Source of the DNA: Squalus acanthias
Lineage: Eukaryota
Assembly: GCA_030390025.1 (NCBI GenBank)
Contig: CM059432.1
Location: forward strand, 14,944,001 to 15,008,000
Direction of reading: 5' to 3'
Length of the DNA stretch: 64,000 bases
Shown here one piece after another: positions 26,895 to 39,410 of the stretch. Each line of letters begins with the position of its first letter. Position 1 is the first letter of the stretch. The notes under the pieces were generated by a model. It was not told where the DNA came from. It saw nothing but the letters and a program-made list of their open reading frames with translations, and searched no databases. The translations under genes were made by a program, and so were the position numbers.

Positions 26895-29800
26895 TCAAAA
26901 ATCTATCGATCTCTGTCTTGAATATACTCAACGACTGAGCCTCCACAGCCCTCTGGGGTAGAGAATTCCAAAGATTCACCACCCTCTGAGTGAAGAAATT
27001 TCTCCTCATCTCAGTCCTAAATGGCCGACCCCTTATTCTGAGACTGTGACCCCTGGTTCTAGACTCCCCAGCCAGGGGAAACATCCTCCCTGCATCTACC
27101 CTGTCAAGTCCTGTAAGAATTTTGTATGTTTCAATGAGATCACCTCTCATTCTTCTAAACTCTAGAGAATATAGGCCAAGTCTACTCAATCTCTCCTCAT
27201 AGGACAACTCCCCCATCCCAGGAATCAGTCTGGTGAACCTTCATTGCACTCCCTCTGTGGCAAGTATATCCTTCCTTAGGTAAAGAGACCAAAACTGTAC
27301 ACTATACTCCAGGTGTGGTCTCACCAGGGTCCTATATAATTGCAGTAAGACGTCTTTACTCTTATATTCAAACCCTCTTGTAATGAAGGCCAGCATCCCA
27401 TTTGCTTTCCTAATTGCTTGCTGTACCTGCATGTTAACTTTCAGTGATTTGTGTACAAGGACACCCAGGTTCCGCTGAACACCAACATTTCCCAATCTCT
27501 CACCATTTAAAAAATACTCTACTTTTCTATTTTTCCTACCAAAGTGGATAACTTCACATTTCTCCACATTATATTCAATTTGCCATGTTCTTGCCCACTC
27601 ACTTAGCCTGTCTATATCCCCTTGAAGCCTCTTTGCATCCTCCTCACAACTTACATTCCCACCTAGCTTTGTATCATCAGCAAACTTTCGCGAATCTTTT
27701 CCTTTTTACATACGTATAGAAGCTTTTACAGTCTGTTTTTATGTCTCCCGCTAGATTACTCTCATATTCTATTTTCCCTTTCTTTATCAATTTCTTGGTC
27801 CTCCTTTGCTGAATTCTAAAATCTTCCCAATCCTCAGGCTTACTACTCTTTTTGGCAACATTATAAGCCTCTTCCTTTGATCTAATACTATCTTTAACTT
27901 ATCTTGTTAGCCACAGTAGGACCACTTTTCCTGTGGAGTTTTTGTGCCTTAAAGGATTTTATATTTGTTGTAAATGTATTAATTCCTTAAATGCTAGCCA
28001 TTGCTTCTCTACCATCATACCCTTTAATGTAGTTTCTCAATCTACCTTAGCCAACTCGCCCCTCATACCTACGCAGTTTCTTTCATTTAGATTTGAGACC
28101 CTAGTTTCAGATTTAACTAAATCACTTTCAAACTCAATATATAATTCTTCATATTATGGTCACTCTTCCCTAAAGGCCGCTTTACTAAAGGTTATTAATT
28201 AACTCTTTCTCATTGCACAATACTAGATCTAAAATAGCCTTTTCCCTAGTTGGTTCCTCAACATACTGATCTAGAAAACTATCTTGCATACATTCCATGA
28301 ATTTGCCCTCCGCACTATTACTGCAAATTTGGTTTGCCCAGTCTATATGTAGATTAAAGTCCCCCATGATTACTGTATTACCCTTGTTACATGCACCTCT
28401 AATTTCCTGATTTTTACTCTGCCCTACATTACAACTATTGTTTGGGGGCCTATAAACAACTCCCACCAATGTTTTATGCCCCTTGCTATTTCTTAGCTCC
28501 ATCCAAACTGATTCTACTTCTTGATTTTTGGAGCTAAGATCCTTTCTCTCTGCTGTCTTTATCCCATCCTTTATTATCAGGGCTACCCCTCCTCCTTTCC
28601 ATTTTGCCTATCTCTTCTAAAAGGTAAGTATCCTGGAATATTTAGTTCCCACCCTTGGCCACTTTGCAACCATGTCTCCGTTATGGCTATTAGATCAAAC
28701 CTGTTAATTTCTATCTGCGCTATTAATTAATCTTCATGCATTCAGATATAGTGCCTTTAGCTTTGACTTATTTCTATTTTTCCCTAATGTCACCTTAGTC
28801 ACTGATGCCCTATTACCTTTGTTATTCTCTCTGTCCCTTCCTGACTCACTCTGCTTATTTTTACCCAAGACTCTGCTCTGCTCTAGAGCCTTGACATTTC
28901 TCTCGCTGCTTTTAAATTTACTCTTTTCTGAATCCTCCCACCCCCTTCATTAGTTTAAAGCCCTGTCTACTGCCCTAGTTATTCAGTTTGCCAGGACACT
29001 GGTCCCAACCAGGTTTACGTGGAGCCTGTCCCAACGGAACAGCTCCCTCTTTCCCCTGTACTGGTGCCAGTGCCCCATGAACTGAAACCCCTTCCTCCCA
29101 CACCACTCTTTGAGCCACGCATTTAAACCTCTAATCTGTTTGTCCCTATGCCAATTTGCACGTGGCTCAGGTAACAATCCAGAGATTATTACCTTTGAGG
29201 TTCTGCTTTTTAATATGGATCCTAGCGCCTCAAACTCCCTCAGCAGAACCTCATTCCTAGTTCTACCTATGTCGTTGGTTCCTATGTGGACCACAACAAC
29301 TGGATCCTCCCACTCCCACTCCCACACCAAATTCTTCTCCAGCCGCGAGGAGATGTCTTTAACCCTGGCACCAGGCAGGCAAAACAACCTTCGGAACTCT
29401 TGGTCACAGCTGCAGAGAACAGTATCTATCCCCCTGACTATACTGTCCCCTATCACAACTACATTCCCTTTCACTTCCCCACTTGAATGGCCTCCTGCAC
29501 CATGGTCAGTTTGCTCATCCATCTTGCAGACTTTTCCCTCATCCACACAGGCAGCAAGAACCTCATACCTGTTGGACACCTGACGAAGGAGCAGCGCTCC
29601 GAAAGCTTGTGATCTCAAATAAAGCTGTTGGACTATAACCTGGTGTTGTGCGACTTCTCACATTTGTCCACCCCAGTCCAACACCGGCATCTCCACATCA
29701 TGGCTGTTGGACAAAGGCAAAGGCTGAGGCTCCTCCAGCACTGCACCTTGGGTCTCCTTACCTGGGTGAGTTGGAGTCACACCCTCCTGTCCCTGACCAC

Positions 29801-30600
29801 TAACCAGACCTGTACCACTACCTAACCTAAGGGGTGTGACTGCCTCCTGGATCAAAGTGTCCAGGTAACTCTCCCCCTCCCTGATGCCTTGCAATGTCTG
29901 CACCTCAGACTCCAGCTCAACAACTCATCAAGATGCAGGTACTTACTGCAAACGTGGTTGTCCGGGATCACAATGCTCTCCACATAGTGCTACATGCTGC
30001 AGTTGCGGCACACCACCTGCACTGCCATCCCTGAATGACCTTGTGTTATTTAATTCAATGTAGTAAAATTTGTAATTAGGTAACTTAGTTTGCAGTGTAG
30101 TTTCTTGACTACTTACTTGCTCTAGGTTAAGTTATTGGTACTGAAATTAAATAGCTACCTGTAACACAAAGCACTACAAGTAGTTTAGGCAAAAAGCAAC
30201 AACTCCTTCCCCCCTCTTCTCTAAATTCCCACTCTTTCCAAATTCCCAAATAAAACACTCTGCTTAAATACACTCCGTTTTATCCCACTCTGTGCAGTGC
30301 AGAAATATTTACTCTTATACTCTAGGAGCCTCACCCAATTTGCAAGTGTTGACTCAGCTCCCCTGCTCCTGGTGATTAGCGCCTATTCAAGACAAACACT
30401 TACAGCTGACTGACAGTTAACTGCCACAGGCAGGCACCTTCTGTTAACTACAGTTTTTAAAGTTCGAGGTTAAAATCAAAATCTTAAACTAAATTTCACT
30501 TTTTACAGCTTCTGCTTACCCAATACTTACCAGAAATTCCCACTCTTTCCAAATTCCCAAATAAAACACTCTGTTTAAGTATACTCCGCTTTATCCTGCT
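26895..30600 (-). mobile_element. Near full-span, internally deleted CR1 LINE (5'UTR, ORF1 esterase, APE, RT C-terminus)
   Basis: ORF1 motifs GDSIVRG, PGARVKD, VVVHIGTND, DRLH (28983-29900). APE motifs GVVYRPP, MGDFN, ILDLVL (28185-28700). RT C-terminus KCEVIHFG, RPHLEY, RGDLIETYKI. Direct repeat in the putative 5'UTR (30223-30290 / 30534-30605). Confidence 0.88.
29579..29703 (+). mobile_element. Short hammerhead-bearing element, copy 3 (arm plus tail), inserted in CR1 ORF1
   Basis: TSD CTGTTGGACA at 29569-29578 and 29704-29713; splits the CR1 ORF1 motif LSNRYEVL. Confidence 0.9.
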
Positions 30601-30814
30601 CTGTGAAGACTGCTCTGCACGGACTGGTGGAGTAGAGAGGTCCTGGAGCATTGTGGAAGGGGAACGGATGTTTTGGCATTATTGAGGTGAGGGCTGAGGT
30701 CTGGACAATTCAGGAGGGGAGTAGAGGAATAGCAGCATTTAAGGAGAAGCAGCCCAAGTTTTCGCATCTGACTTTCCATGTCCCTTTTGATGCCATTCTA
30801 CACTGTTAACAGAG

Positions 30815-32208
30815 AATCATAGAATGGTACAGCACAGAAGGAGACCATTCGGCTCATCGTGTCTGTGCCGGCTCTTTGAAAGAGCTATCCAATTAGTCCC
30901 AGTCCTCTGCTCTTTCCCCACAACCATGCAAATATTTCCCCTTCAAGTATTTATCCAATTCACTTTTGAAAGTCATTATTGAATGTGCTTCCTCAGCCCT
31001 TTCAAGCAGTACATTCTAGATCATAACAACTCGCTGCGTAATAATTATTTTTATGCCAATTACCTTAAATGTGTGTCCTCTGGTTACCGACCCTTCTGCC
31101 ACTGGAAACAGTTTCTCCTTCATGATTTTGAACATCTCTATCAAATCTCCCCTTAACCTTCCCTGCTCCAGGGAGAACAACTCCAGCTTCTCTAGTCTTG
31201 CCACATAACTGAAGTTTTTCATCCCTGGTACCATTCTAGTAAATCTTTTTTGCACCCTCTCTAAGGCCTTGACATCCTTCTTAAAGTGTGGTGCCCAGAA
31301 TTGGCCACAATACTCCAGCTGGGGACTAACCAGTGTTTTATAAAGGATTAGCATAACTTCCTTGCTTTCGTACTCTATGCCTCTATTTATAAAGCGGACA
31401 TGATGCGGAGATGCCGGTGTTGGACTGGGGTGGACAAAAGTGAGAAGTCGCACAACACCAGGTTATAGTCCAACAGTTTTATTTGAAATCACGAGCTTTC
31501 GGAGCTGCTGCCCCTTCGTCAGGTGAAGGGAGTGGTTGTGGGGAACGAGCAGAGGACTGGGACTAATTGGATAGCTCTTTCAAAGAGCCGGCACAGACAC
31601 GATGAGCCGAATGGTCTCCTTCTGTGCTGTACCATTCTATGATTCTCTGTTAACAGTGTAGAATGGCATCAAAAGGGACATGGAAAGTCAGATGCGAAAA
31701 CTTGGGCTGCTTCTCCTTAAATGCTGCTATTCCTCTACTCCTGACTTCACCTGACGAAGGGGCAGCAGCTCCGAAAGCTTGTGATTTCAAATAAAACTGT
31801 TGGACTATAACCTGGTGTTGTGCGACTTCTCACTTCTATTTATAAAGCCGAGGATCCTGTATGTATTTTTAACAGTCTTCTTAACTTGTCTTGTCACCTT
31901 CAAAGACTTGTGTACGTATATCCCCAGATGTCTCTGTTCTTGCACCCCCTTTCAAATTGTACCATTTAGTTTATGTTGCCTCTTCTCATTCTTCCTACCA
32001 AAATGAATCACTTCACACTTCTCTGCATTAAATTTCATCTGCCATGTGTCTGCCCATTTTACTGGTCTGTCTATGTCCTCCTGAAGTCTGTTACTATCCT
32101 CCTCACATTTCCGAGTTTCGTGTCATGTACAAACATTGAAATTATGCCCTGTACACCCAAGTTCAGGTCATGAATATATATCAAATAGAGCAGTGGTCCC
32201 AATACTGA
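30815..32208 (-). mobile_element. CR1 3' portion interrupted by element copy 4
   Basis: LYKTLVSPQLEYCGQFWAP...RLRGDLIEMFKIMK and 3'UTR; RT sequence resumes after 31848. Confidence 0.85.
31396..31834. mobile_element. Short hammerhead-bearing element, copy 4: two inverted arms around captured local DNA
   Basis: TSD TCTATTTATAAAGC at 31382-31395 and 31835-31848. Arms at 31396-31528 (-) and 31743-31834 (+). Spacer 31533-31741 is the reverse complement of 30718-30926. Confidence 0.92.
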
Positions 32209-34626
32209 GTAGTTATTGCAGTACTCACCCTTCACCCTCCTCCCTCCCCTCCAACCAGCCCTTGGCCTTCCCTGCTGGTTCCCACTATCAGCCAGGGAAC
32301 AGATTCAGGTTTGTTGCTGCACGTTTAGTGTTTTTTAACCAACTGTATACAATCCAGTTCCCAGCTGAAGCTAGGAATTCCTCAGGAAAGCAGTTTTGGA
32401 GCGTCAGGAGGGAGAGCATTCACAGGCAGGAATGTGACAGGGAATTTGGCAGCAGTGGCAACACTGCGGGAGACCGGGAGGGGGCATTGACGCCAAGATG
32501 GCGAGGCCTGTTGGTGGCAGCGGCGAAAGAGAAATCCCAATTGGGGCTGCGAACTCAACTGAGAAAGGGGAAGACTTGATTTTCAGCAAGAACTTTTTTT
32601 AAAAAAAAACATGCGCTAATAACAGACTAGTGGGGGGTCAACCGAACAGCGAGGAGAGGCAGCAGCAACTTGGGTTGGGCGAGAGGCCTGACGTTCACAG
32701 GCCTCAGCTTAGCGCCGTTGGTGAGATCAGCATCACCTACAGCTGAGGAGCTCGGAAGGCCAGAGGGAGGAGCGACCCAGGTGGGAAGAATGATTCAATC
32801 TGAGGTAAGTATAAGAAGTATTTAAGTGTATAGCCAGGTGTGACAGAACTATCCTGACAAAAACGCATGAGAGGAAAGTGTTACAGGGAGTAATGGTTTT
32901 ACTCAAAGAAAGTATGTGCAATACACAAAGCTTTTAATATAGACAACAACAGCTTGCATCAGGGCAGATGACCAAAAGCTTGGTCAAAGAGGTAGGTTTA
33001 AGGAGCATCTTAAAGGAGGAGAGAGAGGTAGAGAGGCGGAGAGGTTTAGGCAGGGAATTCCAGAGATTGGGGCCTAGGCAGCTGAAGGCGCGGCCGCCAA
33101 TGGTGGGGCGAAGGAGATCAGGGATGCACAAGAGGCCAGAATTGGAGGAGGGCAGAGCTCTCATGAGGGTTATAGGGCTGGAAGGGGTTACAGAGGTAGG
33201 GAGGGGCGAGGCCATGGAGGGATTTGAACACAAGTGATAAAGATTTATTAAGGTAGCAGATTCATGGTTACACTAGTAATGATTATCTCTCCAGGCTTGT
33301 CCTACTATCTGAATGGAGAACTGGGTGATCAGACTGTGATCTAATCATAATTTGTAATGGAACACTACAGATTTAAAAATTATACTCCCAAGAATGTCAA
33401 AATCCTGAAATATATTTAAAAAGAGAAAATACTTTGTGGAAATCATTTACGCATACTTTTCGTAAAAAATATATTTTCTGAGTAGATTATTATAGAATGC
33501 AGCACTAAAATATGTAGATCAATTCCAAATTCTGTTTTCCAAAGTGTTAGTGTTGATGATAGTCTAATGTTTGCTTTCCACATTCTAAACGAATAAATAG
33601 AATCCTGCTATGTGGCCCCGACTGCTATTTTAGATAATGTTTATTTCCTGTCCAATTATCTACTGCATGCTGAATTGGAAAACATATTTCCCAAAACTCA
33701 GTCATCTCCAGGCACATTATTGAATATAAAAAAATGTAATTTAGTTATAGAAAACACCACAGTTCAGGCCACATGATCTTTAAGAGAAGTCTTTCTGTTG
33801 GTGAGCGAAACCTATACATTCGATGATATTAGATGCAAGGTTGTAAAGATTTGAAACAAGATGCACAGGAGCAAGACAGCTCTGCTACTTCCTCACCAGA
33901 AATAATGAGTGTAAGGCACACGGATGTGCAGCTGATATGGTGCAAACTATATACTGGAATGCAATCAACTTTAGCATCATTATAATGTGGTCCTTGAGAG
34001 GCAAGCAAGTTACATCAAGCAACAAAACGCACACTAAAGTGATTGCCCCATAACGCAGCATAAAACATGTATCAGCTTTTCGCTTGAGCAAACCAAAAGT
34101 AATCTCATTGCCCTATTCTTTCCTCGTAGACCAATATATTCCTCTGCTTCATGTATTTATCTAGTTTTCCCAGAAAAGAGGCAATGGTCTCTTCCCCTCC
34201 CTGTGGCAGAGCATTGCATGCTCCGACAACCCACTGCATAAAGACCTTAACTGCTCTCCTCACTTTGTTAATGACAATTACTTAAAGACAATTTTAAATT
34301 GATGTTCCTTCATCACCAACCAACCACAATGTAAGCTCGAGGAACAGCACCTCAACTTTCGATTAGGAACTTTACAACCTTCTGGACTCAACATTGAGTT
34401 CAACAATTTCAGACTATAATCCCTGCCCCTATTTTTTCCACATGGCAGCTGTTGATGATTCTGCCATCCCCATTTGCAACATTTAATCTCTCCTGCCTTC
34501 CACCCTAGCACAGACCTTTCCTTTTGTTTTTTCTCCCCCCGCCCCCCGCCCCCTTTCCCTGCCTCTGCACCTGCTTAAAACCTGTTACATCTCTAATTTT
34601 TTCCAGTTCTGACGAAGGGTCACAGA

Positions 34627-37240
34627 GAGGGTTGCAAAATTCCGGGAATTTATAAAAGAGGAAACTTTCCATGGGAAGTTTTGGGAATTTATGGGAATTT
34701 AGAGTTTTTTTGCACACTGATGGTTTTTGTCTCTGACCCTTGTATTATCTTTGTCATCAAAATAGACATACTGTTCCATACAAATAAAAACAGGCTTTCA
34801 AAACTTTATTTAGGTTATAATTTTGAACTTCATTGAACCCCCACAAAAAAGACCCATCTAAAATAAAACAAAAAGAGCGTCAGCTTATTTAACCTGTAAT
34901 TTGTCCTTATTTTGTCCCTTTGAGTCTTCTACTCATGAGTCTTCTGAGTCTTCTACTCATCAGTGCTCCTCCTGATTCTCTGACTCTGGCTCTGACGTGT
35001 CCATTTCCTCCTCTGTGTCACTGTCTAGCTCTGTGCTGGACACTTCTGTATCTGGCTCAATAAGTTGTAGGTTCGCCCGGATAGCCACCAGTTTCTTCAC
35101 TCTCTTTTTAGTCAGCCTGTTGCGCACCTTTGTATGCGTATTCCCAAAAAGTGACCAGTTTCGTTCAGAGGCCGCTGATGAAGCTGGGATTTAGAGTATC
35201 ACCAATGCAATGGGTGACAGGGCCTCAGATGCACAAAGTCCCTTCCACCAGGTATGTGCACTGATATGCTGGCATGATTCCCATATCCTGTCCCCATTCC
35301 AAAGACCTTGCTTGGTAGAGAACTTTGCCAGACTTCCCAGAACTTTGCCCACGTCCAGATTGAGGTGGCGTGAGAGGGTAGAAATCACACTGTAAGCGCT
35401 GTTGATCTGTTCTCCAGAAAGTATTGGTCTCCCAACATGCTTTGGGTCCAGCATGTATGCTGCAGCACGAATCGACTTGACACAAAATTCTTGACGCGTC
35501 TGTATGAATTGAACAATTGCCTTCTCCTCTGCTTTGAGCAGCAGGGATGTGGGTAGGGCAATGCTGATTTGTTCTTTTAAATCAGCAAAACGCCTGAGAA
35601 CATCTGACAAGACAGCGTCATCTCCTTCAATCTGAGCAATTGCAGATGCTACTGGTGAGAGTAGTTTAAGGCTGCTAACCACTCTCTCCCAAAACACATC
35701 ATCCAGCAGTATTTTCTTGATGGTGGTTTCCATATCCCCAGACTGGGATATTGCCATTTCTTGCAGTGACTCCTTACCCTCCAGAAGGCTGTTGTACATT
35801 ATGACAACGCCACCCCATCTAGTGTTGCTGGGCAGCTTCAGTGTGGTGTTCTTGTTCTTTGTCGTTTGCTTGGAGTTGTAGGTTGCTGCAACTACCTGTT
35901 TTCCCCTGACATACTTAACAATTTTGTTGGCTCTCTTGTACAGTGTTTCCATGGTTCTCAAACCCATGATGTCCTTGAGGAGCAGATTGAGCCCATGAGC
36001 TGCGCACCCAATAGACGTAATATGAGGGTAGGCCTCCTCCACTTGAGCCCAAGCAGCCTTCATATTCGCAGCATTGTCAGTAACTACTGCAAAGACCTTT
36101 TGTGATCCAAGATTGTTGATGACCGCTTTCAGCTCATCAGCAATGTATGTGCCTGTGTGTCTGTTGTCCTTCATGTCTGTGCTCTTGAAGAACACTGGGA
36201 GAGGAGTGGAGACGATGTAGTTTATGATGCCCTCCCCTCATACATTTGACCGCCCATCTGAGATAACTGCAACACAGTCTGCCATCTCTATCATTTCTTT
36301 GAGCTTTCCTTCGACTCTGTTATACTCAGCCTCCAGCAAATAACTAGACAAAGCATATCTGGTGGGAGGACAGTATGCAGGGCGAATAACATTGAAAAAT
36401 CTCTTCCAGTACACATTGGCTGTGAGCATGAGGGGTGAGCCTGTCGCATACACAGCTCGAGCAAGGCACTCATCTGCATTCTTCTGGCTATGGTTATCCA
36501 TTGTATCAAAGAACCTTCCAAGTGGGCCAGGAGTTGCTGATGATAAGGAGCCTGATGCTGAATGTGAACCATCATCTTCTTGAATGGAAGCAGAGGAACT
36601 CTGGGCTGACTGCTGTGAGCTTTGAGTGAAGTTGTTGCATTTGGATAAATGCTGCTGCATCTTTGTGGCATTCTTTACATATGGCTTTGTACAGTGTTTG
36701 CACATGTACACAGTCTTTCCATCTTTAATGCCTGGGGTAAAATGCTTCCACACATCCGACGGTAAACGTGGCATTGTTCTATGCAGAGAAATAATGGGCA
36801 TTCGTCTCTGTGTCGAACTGCGGTCGATCAGCACGATTGCAACAGGGTGAGTAAATTTTTCCTGATGCTCCATGTGATGGAAGCATGACCTGTGCACGCA
36901 CGACGCTACATCACCAATAGAGGGAGCTAATCGCTCATCCACTCATCCAACCAATCAGGACACATTTGTTCACAGTCACACACAAAACTTGTAATTATTA
37001 AAACAAGCCAAGTAAGAAGATAAACATATATTGATTAAGAAATTCCTTAATAATTAAGATTCCATCTCTGTTAGTAATTTTAAGAGAGGACCTCTGGAAA
37101 AAAAAGAAAGAAATACAAAAAAAAACAATATTATGCTAGCATGTGCTTTTTTGGGCAAAATTCCCAAAATTCCCAAGCTAAACTTCCCGTGGAAAATTTC
37201 CGGAAATTTCCCGGAAATTTTCCACCCCTTCGCAACCCTA
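34627..37240 (-). mobile_element. Full-length hAT-superfamily DNA transposon (2614 bp)
   Basis: 8-bp TSD GTCACAGA at 34619-34626 and 37241-37248. Terminal inverted repeats (TIRs) GAGGGTTGCAAA / TTCGCAACCCTA, subterminal GG(G/A)AATTT arrays at both ends, and an internal transposase frame. Confidence 0.93.
34960..36774 (-). pseudogene. hAT transposase (BED zinc finger, DUF659-like DDE core, C-terminal dimerisation domain) with two in-frame stops
   Basis: One frame of 605 codons from MPRLPSDVWKHF (C-x2-C...H-x3-C BED finger) through SDGRSNV*GEGIINY, VVTDNAANMKAA, CAAHGLNL, TRWG, LVIL*IPASSAASERNWS to a TGA at 34960. Premature stops at 36238-36240 and 35191-35193; no frameshift. Confidence 0.9.
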
Positions 37241-38436
37241 GTCACAGACCTGAAATGTTAACTCTTGTTTCTCTCTCCACGGATGCTACCTGGCCTGCTG
37301 AATGTTTCCAGCATCTTCTGTTATTTCAGTCTTTCCCTTTCCCTCAGTTAAAAGCCTTCATAATTTTTACAAACCTCCATTTAATATTCTCTTAGTCTTC
37401 TCTGCTCCAATGGAAATAGTTGCAGTGGGGTAGATTTTGGGCCAAAAATTCATCACGGTGTGCGTACTCTCGCGTATTCCCTCTGCAATTGCCGGTTTTC
37501 TGCATGCCCTGCGCATGCGCTGAAAACCGGCAATTGCTCTTTTGAAAAGGGGGCGGTTCCTCGGTGCGCGCTACAGGCTGCGCGCTACAGGCTGCGCGCA
37601 CGCTGTGCACTTAGTGCTTTGGACGCGCAGGGAAGTAGGGAAGATTTTAGAAATGGAAAAAGGAGGAGTAAGACCCACTTTTAAGAAGGTAAGTAGTGAA
37701 TTAAGTATTTTTTTGAATTTTTTTTAACAGGTATATCTTTTTTAGAGACTTTAAAGACAGGTAAGTTTATTTTTATAACTTTTTAAAAGATTTTAAATTT
37801 TTTCAAAAATTTAATTTTTTATTTAAAATAGTTAATTTATTTAACTATACTTATTTTATTAATGTGATGGGGTTTTTTTTAAATTTAATTGAGGTTTAGC
37901 TGTTATTTTGGGGGGGTGTAAGATTCATAGATTTCACAGCACGTATGTGAAACTTATGAATGGAAGATGGTGTGCTGCCATTGGCTCTAACTGAGTCACG
38001 TGATCCCACAGCTCGCACGAATTCACTACGCCGGTGGGATACGCAAGCACTGCCCAGCTGATGTCTGGAACATCAAGTTCGTGCGAGCTGGATCTGAAAA
38101 AGCACAAGCGAGGTGAGAGATCGCGGGGAAGGCTTACCCCCGCGGGAACAGAGCGAGATCAATTTCTGGGCCATTGACTTTGTGCGATTGTGTAAAGCGG
38201 GTGACAGCCAATCAGCAGCCCGTTTTACATTGCTTCCAATTTTTAATTTTCATTGACTTCAAGGTGCGAGGAGGCTTGATTTCTAAACAGTGAGGATATA
38301 GGAGATTATCAAAGTTTTATACAAAACATTACATAGCATTTTTATATTCAGAGCCTATTGGATGGTACTATATTAAAAAGCAACTTTTGCTTTCCAATTA
38401 ATTTCAGTAAGGCTCTATTCTTTAAAACTTATGCAT

Positions 38437-39410
38437 GGCCCGGATTTTACGGTAAGAATAAAGGCGATGCTATCAATGCTCACAGTCATTAAGGAGTAAA
38501 TAGGACAGCAACTTCAGGCGTCCGCACATGTGCAGTTAAATGTGGAAATCGTGAAGTTGCTGTCCGAGTTGCCCTACTCCTCCAGACGCTTCGCTCTAAC
38601 AGTATCTCGCCGAGAGACTCAGCACTGAAACACTTGCAACGCTGTGAAGTTGCGGTACTTACTCACTAGACACCCACTAAACAGGCCAGAAAAAGTTAGG
38701 GCTTGTCCATTCCAGTGTAAGTGAATTTTTAACGGTATGATAAGTCTTAATTACTGCCAAATAACCTCCCTGGCACTGAAAATTAGCTTTTAAAAGTGTG
38801 GAGTTAATTATTGTGATGCGGAGATGCCGGTGTTGGACTGGGGTGGACAAAAGTGATAAGTCGCACAACACCAGGTTATAGTCCAACAGTTTTATTTGAA
38901 ATCACAAGCTTTCGGAGCGACTGCTCCTTCGTCAGGTGACGAAGGAGCAGCAGCTCCGAAAGCTTGTGATTTCAAATAAAACTGTTGGACTATAACCTGG
39001 TGTTGTGCGACTTATCACGAGTTAATTATTGTTGGAGACTTTTAAAAATAAAAATAATTTTTTTTTACTTTTTCTTTCTGTCTCTTTTATCTCTCTCTTA
39101 ATCCCATCTTTCTTTCCCTCTCTTTATTTCGCTTTCTGTACATGATTTGGCGTTGAATTAATAACTGACACTTCCCGGTTTAGACTCTGCATGGTGCAGT
39201 AAGGATTCTGCAATCTGATTGGTTAAGGAGACACACTGTTGCTTGCCCTGTTCACACAGGTCCCAGGTGCCCTGTAGAGGGAGCCGTGCCGTTTTGGATT
39301 TCTAATTACCGCAAGTTGCGGTGCAAATTCCCACAGAAAGTATGTGGGCAAGTGTAAGTGTAATGAACAGCGAGCGTCGCTCGTTCGCCGCTGACCGCAA
39401 AGTCCGGGCC
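38437..39410. mobile_element. Harbinger-like MITE (hosts element copy 5)
   Basis: TIR GGCCCGGATTTTACGG / CCGCAAAGTCCGGGCC, flanked by CAT and AAT. Confidence 0.72.
38815..39018. mobile_element. Short hammerhead-bearing element, copy 5 (palindromic)
   Basis: TSD GAGTTAATTATTGT at 38801-38814 and 39019-39032. Head-to-head arms meet at GTCAGGTGAC. Confidence 0.92.

Larger units (their letters stand above)
34325..37330 (+). mobile_element. Penelope 3' end (34325-34626 and 37241-37330) split by the hAT transposon
   Basis: Encodes KLEEQHLNFRLGTLQPSGLNIEFNNFR. The hammerhead CTGACGAAGGGTCACAGA / CCTGAAATGTTAACT is interrupted at the hAT TSD. Confidence 0.85.
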
